A stretch of DNA of 64,000 bases from NCBI GenBank assembly GCA_030390025.1, contig JASTWF010000036.1, forward strand, positions 2,916,001 to 2,980,000, given 5' to 3'. How positions within the stretch are numbered: the stretch's first letter is position 1; each line of letters starts with the position of its first letter. The notes beneath the pieces are model-generated. The model ran no database searches, was not told the origin of the DNA, and saw nothing but the letters and a program-made list of their open reading frames with translations. A program made the translations under genes and the position numbers. Positions 12,124-24,851 of this stretch are shown here, piece after piece. The DNA comes from Squalus acanthias. Its lineage: Eukaryota.

Positions 12124-14900
12124 CCCTGCAAAGTCCTCCTCACCAACATCTGGGGACTTGTGCCAAAATTGGGAGAGCTGTCCCACAAACTAGTCAAGCA
12201 ACAGCCTGACATAGTCATACTCACACAATCATACCTTTCAGCCAATATCCCAAACTCCTCCATCACCAACCCTGGGTATGTCCTGTCCCACCGGCAGGAC
12301 AGACCCACCAGGGGTGGCGGCACAGTGATATACAGTCAGGAAGGAGTGGCCCTGGGAGTCCTCAACATTGACTCCGGACCACATGAAGTCTCATGGCTTC
12401 AGGTCAAGCATGGGCAAGGAAACCTCCTGCTGATCACCACCTACCGCCCTCCCTCAGCTGATGAATCAGTACTCCTCCATGTTGAACACCACTTGGAAGA
12501 AGCACTGAGAGTAGCAAGGGCACAGAATATACTCTGGGTGGGGGACTTCAATGTCCATCACCAAGAGTGGCTCGGTAGCACCACTACTGACCGAGCTGGC
12601 CGAGTCCTGAAGGACATAACTGCTAGTCTGGGCCTGCGACAAGTGGTGAGAGAATCAACACGAGGGAAAAACCTACTTGACCTCGTCCTCACCAATCTAC
12701 CTGTCGCAGATGCATCTGTCCATGACAGTATTGGTAGCAGTGACCACCGCACTGTCAGTGTGGAGACGAAGTCCCGTCTTCACACTGAGGACACCCTGCA
12801 TCGTGTTGTGTGGCACCACCACCGTGCTAAATGGGTTAGATTCAGAACAGATCCAGCAACTCAAAACTGGGCATCCATGAAGCACTGTGGGCCATCAGCA
12901 GCAGCAGAATTGTATTCCACCACAATCTGTAACCTCATGGCCCGGCATATCCCTCACTCTACCATTACCATCAAGCCAGGGGACCAACCCTTGGTCAATA
13001 AGGAGTGTAGAAAAGCATGTCAGGAGCAGCACCAGGCGTACCTAAAAATGAGGTACCAACCTGGGGAAGCTGCAACACAGGACTACATGCATGCTAAAAA
13101 GCGGAAGCAGCATGCTATAGACAGGGCAAAGCGATCCCACAATCAACGGATCAGAACAAAGCTCTGCAGCCCTGCCACATCCAGTCGTGAATGGTGGTGG
13201 ACCATTAAACAACTAACGGGAGGAGGAGGCTCCATGAATATCCCCATCTTCAATGATGGTGGAGCCCAGCACGTGAGTACAAAAGACAAGGCTGAAGCGT
13301 TTGCAACCATCTTCAGCCAGAAGTGCCGAGTGGATGATCCATATCAGCCTCCTCCTGAGGCCCCCACCATCACAGAAGCCAGTCTTCAGCCAATTCGATT
13401 CACTCCATGTGATATCAAGAAACGGCTGAGCACACTGGATACAGCAAAGGCTATGGGCCCCGACAACATCCCGGCTATCGTGCTGAAGACTTGTGCTCCA
13501 GAACTAGCCGCGCCTCTAGCCAAGCTGTTCCAGTACAGCTACAACACTGGCATCTATCCGACAATGTGGAAAACTGCCCAGGTATGTCCTGTCCACAAAA
13601 AGCAGGACAAATCCAACCCGGCCAATTACCGCCCCATCAGTCTACTCTCAATCATCAGCAAAGTGATGGAAGGTGTCATCGAAAGTGCTATCAAGCGGCA
13701 CTTACTCACCAATAACCTGCTCACTGATGCCCAGTTTGGGTTCTGCCAAGACCGCTCGGCTCCCGACCTCATTACAGCCTTGGTCGAAACATGGACCAGA
13801 GGTGAGGTGAGAGTGACTCCCCTTGACATCAAGGCAGCATTTGACCGAGTGTGGCATCAAGAAGCCCGAGTAAAACTGATGTCAATGGGAATCGGGGGGA
13901 AAACACTCCACTGGCTGGAGTCATACCTAGCACAAAGGAAGATGGTTGTGGTGGTTGTAGGTCAATCATCACAGCCCCAGGACATCGCTGCAGGAGTTCC
14001 ACAGGGCAGTGTCCTAGGCCCAACCATCTTCAGCTGCTTCATCAATGACCTTCCCTCTGACATAAGGTCAGAAATGGGGATGTTCGCTGATGACTGCACA
14101 GTGTTCTGTGCCATTCACAACTCCTCAGATAATGAAGCAGTCCATGCCCGCATGCAACAAGACCTGGACGATGTTCAGGCTTGGGCTGATAAGTGGCAGG
14201 TAACATTCGCGCCACAGAAGTGCCAGGCAATGACTATCTCCAACAAGCGAGTGTCTAACCACCTCCCCTTGACATTCAACGGTATTACCATCGCCAAATC
14301 CCCCACCATCAACATCCTGGGGGTCACCATTGACTAGAAACTTAACTGGGCCAGCCACATAAATACTGTGGCAACAAGAGCAGGTCAGAGGCTAGGTATT
14401 CTGCGGCGAGTGTCTCACCTCCTGACTCACCAAAGCCTTTCCACCATCTACAAGGCACAAGTAAGGAGTGTGATGGAATAATCTCCACTTGCCTGGATGA
14501 GTGCAGCTCCAACAATACTCAAGAAGCTCGACACCATCCAGGACAAATCAGCCCAATTGATTGGCACCCCATCCACCACCTTAAACATTCACTCCCTCCA
14601 CCACTGGCACACCGTGGCTGCAGTGTGTACCATCCACAAGCTGTACTGCAGCAACTTTCCAAGGCTTCTTTGGCAGCACCTCCCAAACCCGTGACCTCTT
14701 CCACCTAGAAGGACAAGGGCAGCAGGCGCATGGGAACACCACCACCTCCAAGTTTCCCTCCAAGTCACACACCATCCTGACTTAGGAATATGTCGCCGAT
14801 CCTTCATCGTCGCTGGGTCAAAATCCTGGAACTCCCTCCCTAACAGCACTGTGGGAGTACCTTCACCACACAGACTGCAGCGGTTCAAGAAGGTGGCCCA
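12124..14900 (+). pseudogene. LINE ORF2: AP endonuclease + reverse transcriptase
   Basis: APE motifs (LLTNIWGL, YRPP, GDFNVH, LDLV, SDH) and RT motifs (NYRPISLL, QFGF, DIKAAFD, GVPQGS, FADD); premature stops at 14335 and about 14479; 3' end approximate. Confidence 0.9.
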
Positions 14901-15009
14901 TCACCACCTTCTCAAGGGCAATTAGGGATGGGCAATAAATGCTGGCCTTGCCAGCGACGCCCACATCCCATAAATGATTTTTTTTTTAAATGGGGATCTG
15001 GGGTTTAAT

Positions 15010-16056
15010 TTATTGGAACCGCAGTCTGATGAAGCAGTCACGGACCACCCTTCCGGAAGGCCGATTGAGTGGCTGCTTCCTCCCTCACTCCGGTTCCTCC
15101 TCCTCATCCTCCTCGTCTTCCTCTTCCTCTTCCTCCTCTTCCTCCTCATCCTCTTCCTCTCCCTTATCCTCCTCCTGAGGTGGTCCCGCAATCCCTGGTG
15201 GCAAGGGCTGGGCCCTCATGATGGCCAAATTGTGGAGCATGCAGCAGACGACGACGAAATGGGACACCTGCTCAGCCGAGTACTGGAGGGCTCTTCCCGA
15301 GCGGTCAAGGCAGCGGAACCGTTGCTTGAGCACCCCGATGGTCTGCTCGATGATGTTCCTGGTGGTGGCATGGCTCTCATTATACAAGTGCTGGGCAGGA
15401 GTGTTGGGGTTGCGAAGGGGAGTCATGAGGCAGGTGGAGAGCGGATAGCCCTTGTCTCTGACCAGCCAGCTGCGAGCTTGATGTGGTGGCTGGAAGAGGC
15501 GCAGGATGAAGGCATCGTGGCTGCTGCCAGGATAGCGGGCATTCCTATTGAGAATTCGCTGTCTGTGGTCGCACACTAAATGAGTGATAGCCTTGACGGT
15601 TACGAAACATGTCAGGATTGTTATGCGGTGCCCGCAAAGCCAAGTGGGTGCCGTCAATGGCGCCCTGCACCGTGGGGAATCCCGCTATCCTGGCAAAGCC
15701 ATATGCACGCTCATCCTGCTTCTCTCTGGTGATGGGGAAGAAAATGTAGTCCCTTCTCCTACTGTAGAGAGCCTCTGTGACCTCCTGGATGGAGCGTTGG
15801 ATGGCGAACTGTGAGATGTTAGCTATATCTCCTGTTGCAGACTGGAAGGATCCGCTGGCGAAGAAATTGAGGGCAACGGGCTTCATTGAAGGTAGGAGAA
15901 GTGCTTTTGGAATACCCTCGGAGGGTAAGGCCTCCTGTTGAGAGCCCTGATGGCCCTCCTCCTCCCTCTGGCCACATGTTCCAATCTTTATCGTTGCCTG
16001 CGCTCCCTCCGCTATAGATCCTGGAGGGTGAGGTCGACTGCCAGTACAGCCCCCAT
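15010..16056 (-). pseudogene. Harbinger DDE transposase (HARBI1-like), frameshifted
   Basis: GAIDGTH, YPGSSHDAFIL, DKGYPL, RNIIEQTIGVLKQRFRCL, CCMLHN, acidic tail; ATG at 16056; stop overlaps an AATAAA. Confidence 0.9.
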
Positions 16057-17089
16057 TAATCTAACCAAGTGTAGCACTTTGATATGTTGTGAGAATAAAT
16101 TTAACTAATTTTTAGTAGCCACAACACTCCAGAGACTAAACAACCTTTAAATGACTGAATTAAACTGTTGCACAATGTCAAACTGACAAGGAAGCAGTGA
16201 AACAGCACTAACCTGAGAGCTGTGACTCATTACTCATGATCCCTTTAAGTAGCACCCCTGGAGCCGGCTACCGACTGCTTCACAGCTCCTCTCCCTGTCG
16301 CTGTCGGGGTGAGGCACTAAGGCAGGGGGCGAAAATCAATTTGGCAGATAGGGCACCCAGTGAGCATTGCACGCTCACTGACGTCACGATCTGCCTGGTG
16401 CTGAAGTCCCTGGCGCTAACTCGTAGTGGCGGCACTGGATTTGGCGTGCGTTGCGGATTCACCTCGCCGCGGCGCTACTGCCTCAGCGCCCCATTAGCGC
16501 CCCCTCTTTCTGTTCCTCTCTGGTGGCTCAAATCAGGGCACATTGACCCCCTCGACTCAGAAAAAATCATTTCACACAGAAGCGTTCATGTTTTGAGTGC
16601 CTTGTTTTCTGGGAACATGTTGTCTGGGCCTTGGCTGCACCTAGGGGCTTGATGAAAATCAACGCTAGTTGCCAAACACAAAAAAGCCGACAGTGGACGA
16701 ACATTATTACACTAAAATTTGCCTGTTCTCTCCAGAGTAATTTGCATCAAATAGTAGGAGTGAATCCTATTCACACAGTACCCTTTAAACATGATTTGGA
16801 TCTTATTACTTTCTAACCATCTATTTTATTACACTGAAATAGCAGAGTATTAAAGCCAGTCGTTAAACTTACTTTTTCGGAGTTGGATAGATCTAGCTAA
16901 TTAGGGGCACTAACTATTTTCTTTAGAAAGGATTTTGACAATTCTTTTTCTTCCCTTATTTTTGGTCTCTGTGTTCCATGTACCATACCTTGGTCTGAGA
17001 AGGGCAGGGAAATGATCAGTTCTCAGCCCCCTGCCCATGTAGCTGTTGAACAGGGCCACAAAAAGGTAATCAGAAGTATGAATTGACAA

Positions 17090-17562
17090 AGCGAGAGATA
17101 TAGAGAAAGAGAGAGCGAGAAAGATATACAGAGAGAGACAGACAGGCAGAGAGAGAGAGACAGACAGCGAGAGAAAGAGAGAGAGACACACACACAGAGG
17201 CAGAGAGAGAGTGACACAGAGAGAGGTAGAGAGAAAGAGACAGATAGAGGGAGAAAGAGAGAGACAGATAAACAGAGAGAGAGAGAGAGGCAGAAAGAGA
17301 GAGAGAACAATATAGTTTATGAGAGAGAGCGATAGAGAGACAGAGAGGCAGCGAGAGAGAGAAAGAGAGGGACAGAGACAGAGCGAGAGAAAGAGAGAGT
17401 GAGAGAAAGAGAGAGTGAGAGAAAGAGAGACAGAGAGCGAGAGACAAAGAGAGAGAGATATAGAGAGAAAGAGAGAGATGCACAGAGGGAGAAAGAGACA
17501 TAGAGAGACAGAGAGAAAGAGAAAAGGTGAGACAGAGAGAGAGAAAGAGAGAGAGCGAGAAA
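17090..17562. repeat. (GA)-rich degenerate microsatellite
   Basis: Continuous GAGAGA/GACA/GAAA runs. Confidence 0.95.
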
Positions 17563-17805
17563 GATTAACTTCACTCCGGATTCCAATTCTGCTGACCAAG
17601 GAGCTAGTCACACTGGTGGAGCATGTGCATTACAAACAAACCTCAGTGGGTCATGGGGCAAATAGAAGGGGAAGTTTAAATTCATGCTGAATGTAACCTG
17701 AAGACATGGGCGAGTGGGCACTGGGTCCAAAACACTGACTTCTGTGCAAAATAAGATAGTTGGCATGGATGACTTCCTTAGCCTGTGATAACTGCCCCAG
17801 ATAAT

Positions 17806-18240
17806 GGGCAACACGGTAGCATAGTGGTTAGCACTGGTGCCTCACAGCACCAGAGACCCGGGTTCGAATCTGACCTCGGGTGACTGTCTGTGTGGAGTTT
17901 GCACATTCTCCCCGTGTCTGCGTGGGTTTCCTCCGGGTGCTCCGGTTTCCTCCCACAGTCCAAAAATGTGCGGGTTAGGTTGATTTGGCTATGATAAATT
18001 GACCCTTAGTGTTAGGGGGGATTAAATATGTGGGGTTATGGGGATAGGATGGGATATGTTAGGGGGAATTAAATACGTGGGGTTACGGGGGTAGGGTGGG
18101 ATATGTGTACCGTGGGGATTAAAGCAGGGACAGGGTACTGGATTTGGATGATCAGCCATGATCGTATTGAATGGCGGAGCAGGCTCGACGGGCCGAATGG
18201 CCTACTCCTGCTCCTAGATTCTATGTTTCTATGTTTCTAT
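17806..18240 (+). mobile_element. HE1-type V-SINE, full length
   Basis: tRNA head (TAGCATAGTGG / GGTTCGAATC), V-domain TGTGGAGTTTGCACATTCTCCCCGTGTCTGCGTGGGTTTCCTCCGGGTGCTCCGG, CR1-like tail ending (TTCTATGT)n. Confidence 0.92.
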
Positions 18241-18464
18241 AACCTTCCAACCTGCAGATACCTGAATATATATGCACACATTTCACAGAGCTGGGTCCAA
18301 TACATGCACTAGGGCAGGTGTGTCCAACCTTTTGGAGCAGCGAACTAGATCAATGTGCCACCAATGAGCAGGCTGCATATGATTTAACAATGAATTTAGT
18401 GAATAACCTGTCAATTCATATTTTCTACATTGAAACAGAGAATTAAGAAAAATCATGGCAAATC

Positions 18465-18935
18465 ATAAGTGTATGGATGGTTTACATCTTGAGGGAAGTT
18501 AGGGAAGATATAGCAGGGGCACTGACAATAATTTTTCAAAATTCTTTGTAAAGAAAAAATGTGCGAGTGGAAATTGTAACTCCCCTCTATATAAAAAAAA
18601 GATTAGGATAAGCTTTGATACGTTTTGTATCTAGAGGCAAAATCAAGGAGGTGATGTTGAACTTGTACAAGACCTTAGGCTGCAGCTGGAGTATTGTGTA
18701 CAGTTCTGGATTGTATTAAAGAAAGGATTGAAAAGGAGCAGCATAAATGCAGGAGGATGTTAGCAGGGGTGAGAGGTTACAGTTTAAAGAGTGATTTGAG
18801 AAGCGAGGGCTTATTTCACTGAGGCTGGGAAGGTTAAAGGGTGACCTGATAGAGATCTTCAAGATTACGAAGGGTTATAAAAAGGTAAGTATTGATAAAT
18901 TGCTCCCACTGGTTAGCGAGACAGTAATGGGAGAT
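18465..18935 (+). mobile_element. Old CR1 fragments
   Basis: Degenerate CAGCTGGAGTATTGTGTACAGTTCTGG (QLEYCVQFW) and RGDLIE-coding segments. Confidence 0.7.
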
Positions 18936-19252
18936 CCCAATCACAGCTGCGTCATGTTTCATGGAAGAAAGGAAAATTGGTGGGAGAGTTATTCCTCCAT
19001 CTCTCTCATGTATCTTCCAACAATGAGCTCGGAGCAGTGAGCTGGGAGAAGTTCACTTCCTCCCCCCTACCAATCATTTGGACGGCGAGAACAAAGATCA
19101 GGAGAGTGTAAAATATAACGCACCTCACACAATCAGCAAAACCTGATGGGGTCAATTTCCGAGTCTGGCCTGGTGGTGAAGTTTCTCATTGCTGTCAGCA
19201 AAAATCAGAATTTGCATACATGATTTTTTGACTCACATTGGCGGGGAGCAAG

Positions 19253-21188
19253 TAGGGTTGAACCTTCCAGGATTGCCCTGGAGTCTCCAGGAATTAAAGA
19301 TTCATCTCCTGGACACTGCTGCGAGAAAAACCCGGGAGAAAAATCTCAGGAGCGTTAAAATAAATTGTGTTTTTTAAATTTTCTTTGAAGACTTTTGTTT
19401 ATTAGTTATAAAAATATTGGAGGTGCGGGAGAAAGGTCTGTTTCACTAAGAGTCCAATTGGCTAACAAAGAATCTGTTTGCTTTCCAATTGGCTGTGGGA
19501 AGGCAGTGTGCCTGGAGAATGGACCAATGGCGGGAGGGCAGGGACGGGGCGGTTTGAGGCGGGAGGTCATGTGGTGAAACCTCCAGGAATAGAATCACAG
19601 AACGGTTACAGCACAGAAGGAGGCCATTCAGCCCGTCGAGCCTGTGCCGGCTCTCTGCAAGAGCACTTCAGCTAGTCCCACTCCCCCGCCCTTTCCCCGT
19701 AGCCCTGCAAATTTTTTTCTTTCAGGTACTTATCCAACTCCCTTTTGAAAGCCACGATTGAATCTGCCTCCACCACCCTCTCAGGCAGTGTATTCCAGAT
19801 CATAACCACTCGCTGCGTAAATTTTTTTTTCCTCATGTCGCCTTTGGTTCTTCTGCCAATCACCTTAAATCTGTGTCCACTGGTTCTCGACCCTTCCGCC
19901 AATGGGAACAGTTTCTCTCTCTCTACTCTGTCTAGACCCCTCATATCAAATCTCCTCTCAACCTTCTCTGCTCTAAGGAGAACAGCCCCAGCTTCTCCAG
20001 TCTATCTATGTAACTAAAGTCCCTCATCCCTGGAACCATTCTTGTAAATCTTTTCTGCACCCTCTCTAAGGCCTTCACATCTTTCCTAAAGTGCGGTACC
20101 CAGAATTGGATACAATACTCCAGTTGAGGGCAAACCAGTGTTTTATAAAGGTTCATCATAACTTCCTTGCTTTGCCTCTATTTATGAAGCCCAGGATCCC
20201 GTATGCTTTTTTAACCGCTTTCTCAACCTGCCCTGCCACCTTCAACGATTTGTGCACATATACCCCCAGGTAGCTCTGTTGATGCACTCCCATTAGAATT
20301 GTACCCTTTAGTTTATATTGCTTCTCCTCGTTCCTCCTACCAAAATGTATCACTTCACACTTTTCTGCGTTAAATTTCATCTGCCACGTGTCCGCCCATT
20401 TCACCAGCCTGTCTATGTCTTCCTGAAGTCTATCACTTTCCTCCTCACTGTTCACTATACTTCCAAGTTTTGTGTCATCTGCAAATTTTGAAATTGTGTC
20501 CTGTACACCCAAGTCCAAGTCATTAATATATATCAAGAAAAGCAGTGGTCCTAGTACCGACCCCTGGGGAACACCACTGTGTCCTCCAGTCCAAAAAACA
20601 GCCGTTCACCACTACTCTCTGTTTCCTGTCACTTAGCCAATTTCATATCCATGCTGCCACTGTCCCTTTTATTCCATGGGCTTCAACTTTGCTAGCAAGC
20701 CTATTATGTGGCACTTTATCAAATGCCTTTTGGAAGTCCATGTACACCACGTCAACCGCATTGCCCTCATCAACCCTCCCTGTTACCTCATCAGAAGACT
20801 CAATCAAGTTAGTTAAACACAATTTGCCTTTAATAAATCCATGCTGGCTTTCCTTAATTAATCCATACTTGTCCAAGTGACTGTTAATTTTGTCCCTGAT
20901 TATCGTTTCCAAAAGCTTCCCCACTACCGAGGTTAAACTGACTGGCCTGTAGTTGCTGGGTTTATCCTTACACCCTTTTTTGAACAAGGATGTAACATTT
21001 GCAATTCTCCAGTCCTCTGGCACCAGCCCTGTATCCAAGGAGGATTGGAAGATTATGGCCAGTACCTCCGCAATTTACACCTTTACTTCCCTCAGCATCC
21101 TAGGATGCATCCCATCCGGTCCTGGTGACTTATCTACTTTAAGTACAGCCAGCCTTTCTAGTACACCCAACCAGAGTTGCCAATCCTA
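19253..21188. mobile_element. hAT-type non-autonomous element split by a CR1 insertion
   Basis: Degenerate TIRs TAGGGTTG...AAC / GTTGCCAATCCTA; 8-bp flanks GGAGCAAG / CGAGTAAG (6/8), consistent with a hAT TSD. Confidence 0.65.
19587..21162 (-). mobile_element. 5'-truncated CR1 LINE
   Basis: NYRPVSLTSVVGK, DFQKAFDKVPH, KFADDTK and QLEYCIQFW in consecutive ORFs; CR1 tail at 19587. Confidence 0.93.
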
Positions 21189-21617
21189 CGAGTAAGGTAC
21201 CTCATCGCTGGCCCAGAGAGGGAGAATTTACCCCTGGGTGTTGCCAGGCATCATTTTAGTTTCAATCCCTACAGCACTACTGCTTGACATTGGGGGGCTC
21301 AGCTACTGGGGATGTTGGCAGAGATTCACACCAGCCCCAGCACACTCATTCTGGCCCCGGATACTTACTTGTGTGTTGATCAGCAATCCACCCCAACACC
21401 TTCTCCACTTGTTAGAGTAACACATTCCATCGGCAAAATTCACTCAACAGCTCAGACTTTATCATACTGTACGCTATTTTTTATGCTGGTTTTTACCTAC
21501 TTAAAGTAAAGAGGCCAACGGCTGCGTAAAAATAGCGTACTCCAAAAGCCAGTAGAAGCATGATAAGTGGCCAAAGTCAAACTTTGCTGATTGGAAGCTC
21601 TATCTTTTTTTTAGTAT

Positions 21618-22336
21618 GCAGTCACACACACACATACACACAGTTGCACACACACTGTCACACACACACAGTCACAGTCACACATACACACAGTCACAGT
21701 CACACACACACACAGTCACACACACACCCATACACACACACACAGCCACACACACACACACCCATACACATACATACAGTCGCAGTCACACACACACAGT
21801 GGAAGTCACACAGATACACACACAGTTGCAGTCACACACACACACAGTCACAGTCACACAGTCACAGACACAGTGTCACAGTAACACACGGAGTCACACA
21901 CACACACACAGAGTCACACACACACAGTCGCAGTCACACATGCGCACACAATGTCAGTCACACACACACAGTCACATACACAGTCACACAATCTCACACA
22001 CAGTCAGTCACACACACACAGTCGCAGTCACACACACAGTCGCAGACACATACACACAGTCACAGTCAGACACACACGCAGTCACACTCACACACAGTCA
22101 CACACACGCAGTCACACATACACACACGCAGTCACACGCACACAGTCACACACACACGCAGTCACAGTCACACACACAGTCAGTCATACGCACAAACAGA
22201 GTCACACACACACAGTCACACACAGAGTCACACATACACAGTCACACACACAGCCACAGTCACACACACACATAGTCACAGTCTCACACACACAGTAACA
22301 CACACACAGTCACACACACATACACAGTCACACACA
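21618..22336. repeat. (CA)-rich CAGT(CA)n simple repeat, left part
   Basis: Repeated CAGTCACACACA units. Confidence 0.95.
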
Positions 22337-23852
22337 ACAACTTGTATTTATATAGCGCCTTTAACGTAGTAAAATGTCGCAAGGCGCTTCACAGGTGTAT
22401 TATAAGACAAAAAAATTGACACCGAGCCACATAAGGAGAAATTAGGGCAGGTGACCAAAAGCTTGGTCAAAGAGGTGGGTTTTAAGGAGCGTCTTAAAGG
22501 AGGAAAGAGAAGTAGAGAGGTGGAGAGGTTTAGGGAGGGAATTCCAGAGCTTAGGGCCCAGGCAACAGAAGGCACGGCCGCCAATGGTTGAGTGATTATA
22601 ATCAGGGATGCTCAAGAGGGCAGAATTAGAGGAGCGCAGATATCTCGGGGGGTTGTGGGGTTGGAGGAGGTTACAGAGATAGGGAGCAGCAAGGCCATGG
22701 AGGGATTTGAAAACAAGGATGAGAATTTTGAAATCTATGTGTTGCTTAACCGGGAGCCAATGTAGGTCAGCGAGCACAGGGGTGATGGGCGAACGGGACT
22801 TGGTGCGAGTTAGGACACGGGCAGCCGAGTTTTGGATGACCTCAAGTTTACGAAGGGTGGAATGTGGGAAGCCAGCCAGGAGTGCATTGGAACAGTGAAG
22901 TCTAGAGGTAACAAAGGCATGGATGAGGGTTTCAGCAGCGGATGAGCTGAGGCAGGGGCGGAGACGGGCGATGTTACGGAGGTGGAAATAGGCGGTCTTA
23001 GTTATGCTGCGGATATGTGGTCGGAAGCTCATTTCAGGGTCAAATATGACACCAAGGTTGCAAACAGTGTGGTTCAGCCTCAGACAGATGTTAGGGAGAG
23101 GGATGGAGTCAGTGGCTAGGGAACAGAGTTTGTGGCGGGGACCGAAAACAATGGCTTCGGTTTTCCCAATATTTAATTGGAGAAAATTTTTGCTCATCCA
23201 GAACTGTATGTCAGACAATTTAGACACTGTGGAGGGGTCGAGAGAAGAGGTAGTGAGGTAGAGCTGGGTGTCGTCAGCGTACATGTGAAAACTGACGCTG
23301 TGTTTTCGGATGATGTCGCCAAGGGACAACATGTGGATGGGAAATAGGAGGGGGCCAAGGATAGATCCTTGGGGGACACCAGAGATAACGATGCGGGAGC
23401 GGGAAGAGAAGCCGTTGCAGGTGATTCTCTGGTAACGATTAGATAGATTTGAATGGAACCAGGCGAGTGCAGTCCCACCCAGCTGGACGAGGGTGGAGAA
23501 ACGTTGGAGAAGGATGGTGTGGTCAACCGTGTCAAAGGCTGCAGACAAGTCAAGAAGAACGAGGAGGGATTGTTTACCTTTGTCACAGTCACAAAGGATG
23601 TCATTTGTGACTTTGATGAGAGCTGTTTCGGTACTGTGGCAGGGGCGGAAACCTGATTGGAGGGATTCAAAACATGGAATTGCGGGAAAGATGGGCACGG
23701 ATTTGGGAGGCGACAGCACATTCAAGGACTTTGGAGAGGAAAGGGAGGTTGGAGAGGGGGTGGTAGTTTGCAAGGATGGAGGGGTTAAGGGTTGGTTTTT
23801 TGAGGAGAGGGGTGATGACGGCAGATTTGAGGGAGAGGGGGACAGTACCTGA
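22337..23852 (-). mobile_element. 5'-truncated L2 LINE
   Basis: QSGFRPCHSTETAL, LLDLSAAFDTVDH, GVPQGS, YADD, LKTHLFDQAF; tail GGCGCTATATAAATACAAGTTGTTG. Confidence 0.95.
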
Positions 23853-24134
23853 GGCCTGCAGGAAGAAACAGGTAAGTACACTTTTAAAAACACTTAGGAC
23901 TTACCTCAGATACTCACCTCTACACTCTTGCACCCATCACTTACCTTCACACCACACTTTTGCACCCCCGCAGACCCAGTACTCACCTCGCTGAGCTGGC
24001 GGGTTTTGGAACCTTCGGGATGCCCGCACTTGTGAGGGCAAAAAGGGGATAATCCTATTTTTTGCCTGTTAACTACCTTTTTCCCGGCAGTCCCGCCTCT
24101 ATACCCGCCTCCCCAGGGCTGGCAAAATCACCCC
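23853..24134. mobile_element. Harbinger-type MITE fragment
   Basis: Ends in AAAATCACCCC with CCCGCC-rich subterminal sequence like other Harbinger ends in the window. Confidence 0.45.
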
Positions 24135-24135
24135 A

Positions 24136-24851
24136 GTGACACACACAGTCACACATACACAGTCACACACACAGTCACACATACACACAGTTACACACAC
24201 ACTGTCTCACACACAGTCACACATACACACAGTCACACATACACAGTCACACACAGTCACACATACACACAGTCACACACACAGTTACACACACACTGTC
24301 TCACACACAGTTACAGACACACAGTCACACATACACACAGTCACACACACACACAGTCACACACATACAGTCACACACACAATCACACACAGTCTCACAC
24401 ACAGTCACAGACAGTAACACACACACAGTCACACACACACACAGTAACATACACAGTCACAGACAGTCACACACACACAGTCACACACACACACAGTCAC
24501 ACACACACAGTCACACTCACACAGTCACACACACACAGTCACACAGTAACACACACAGTCACACACACAGTCACATACAGTCACACACACACAGTCACAC
24601 AGTAACACACACAGTCACACACACAGTCACACAGTAACACACACACAGTCACACACATACAGTCATACACACACAGTCACACACACAGTCACACAGTAAC
24701 ACACACAGTCACACATACAGTCACACACACACAGTCACACACACAGTCACACAGTAACACACACAGTCACACATACAGTCACACACACACAGTCACACAC
24801 ACAGTCACATACAGTCACACACACACACAGTCACACACAATCATACACACA
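24136..24851. repeat. (CA)-rich CAGT(CA)n simple repeat, right part
   Basis: Same unit as 21618-22336. Confidence 0.95.

Larger units (their letters stand above)
11699..14989 (+). mobile_element. tRNA-headed single-ORF APE-RT LINE (CR1/L2/Jockey group), apparently full length
   Basis: tRNA-like head, about 420-nt leader, APE-RT ORF, 3' end GCCAGCGACGCCCACATCCCATAAATGA-T10; probable TSD ATGGGG at 11693-11698 and 14990-14995. Confidence 0.88.
9328..16551. mobile_element. PIF/Harbinger transposon 1 (two convergent genes, degraded, with nested LINE)
   Basis: Myb/SANT gene on + and DDE transposase on -, GC-rich subterminal regions; approximate ends GAGGGAGAAATT and ATTGACCCCC; TSD unresolved. 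Confidence 0.85.

Noticed and set aside
14974..15579. Hydrophobic 201-aa plus-strand ORF resembling a membrane protein
   Set aside because: Antisense reading of the transposase acidic (GAG/GAA) tail.
16910..17690. Ser/Leu-rich and Arg/Glu-rich ORFs
   Set aside because: Translations of the (GA)n microsatellite.
21560..24417. His/Thr-rich ORFs
   Set aside because: Translations of the (CA)-rich simple repeat.
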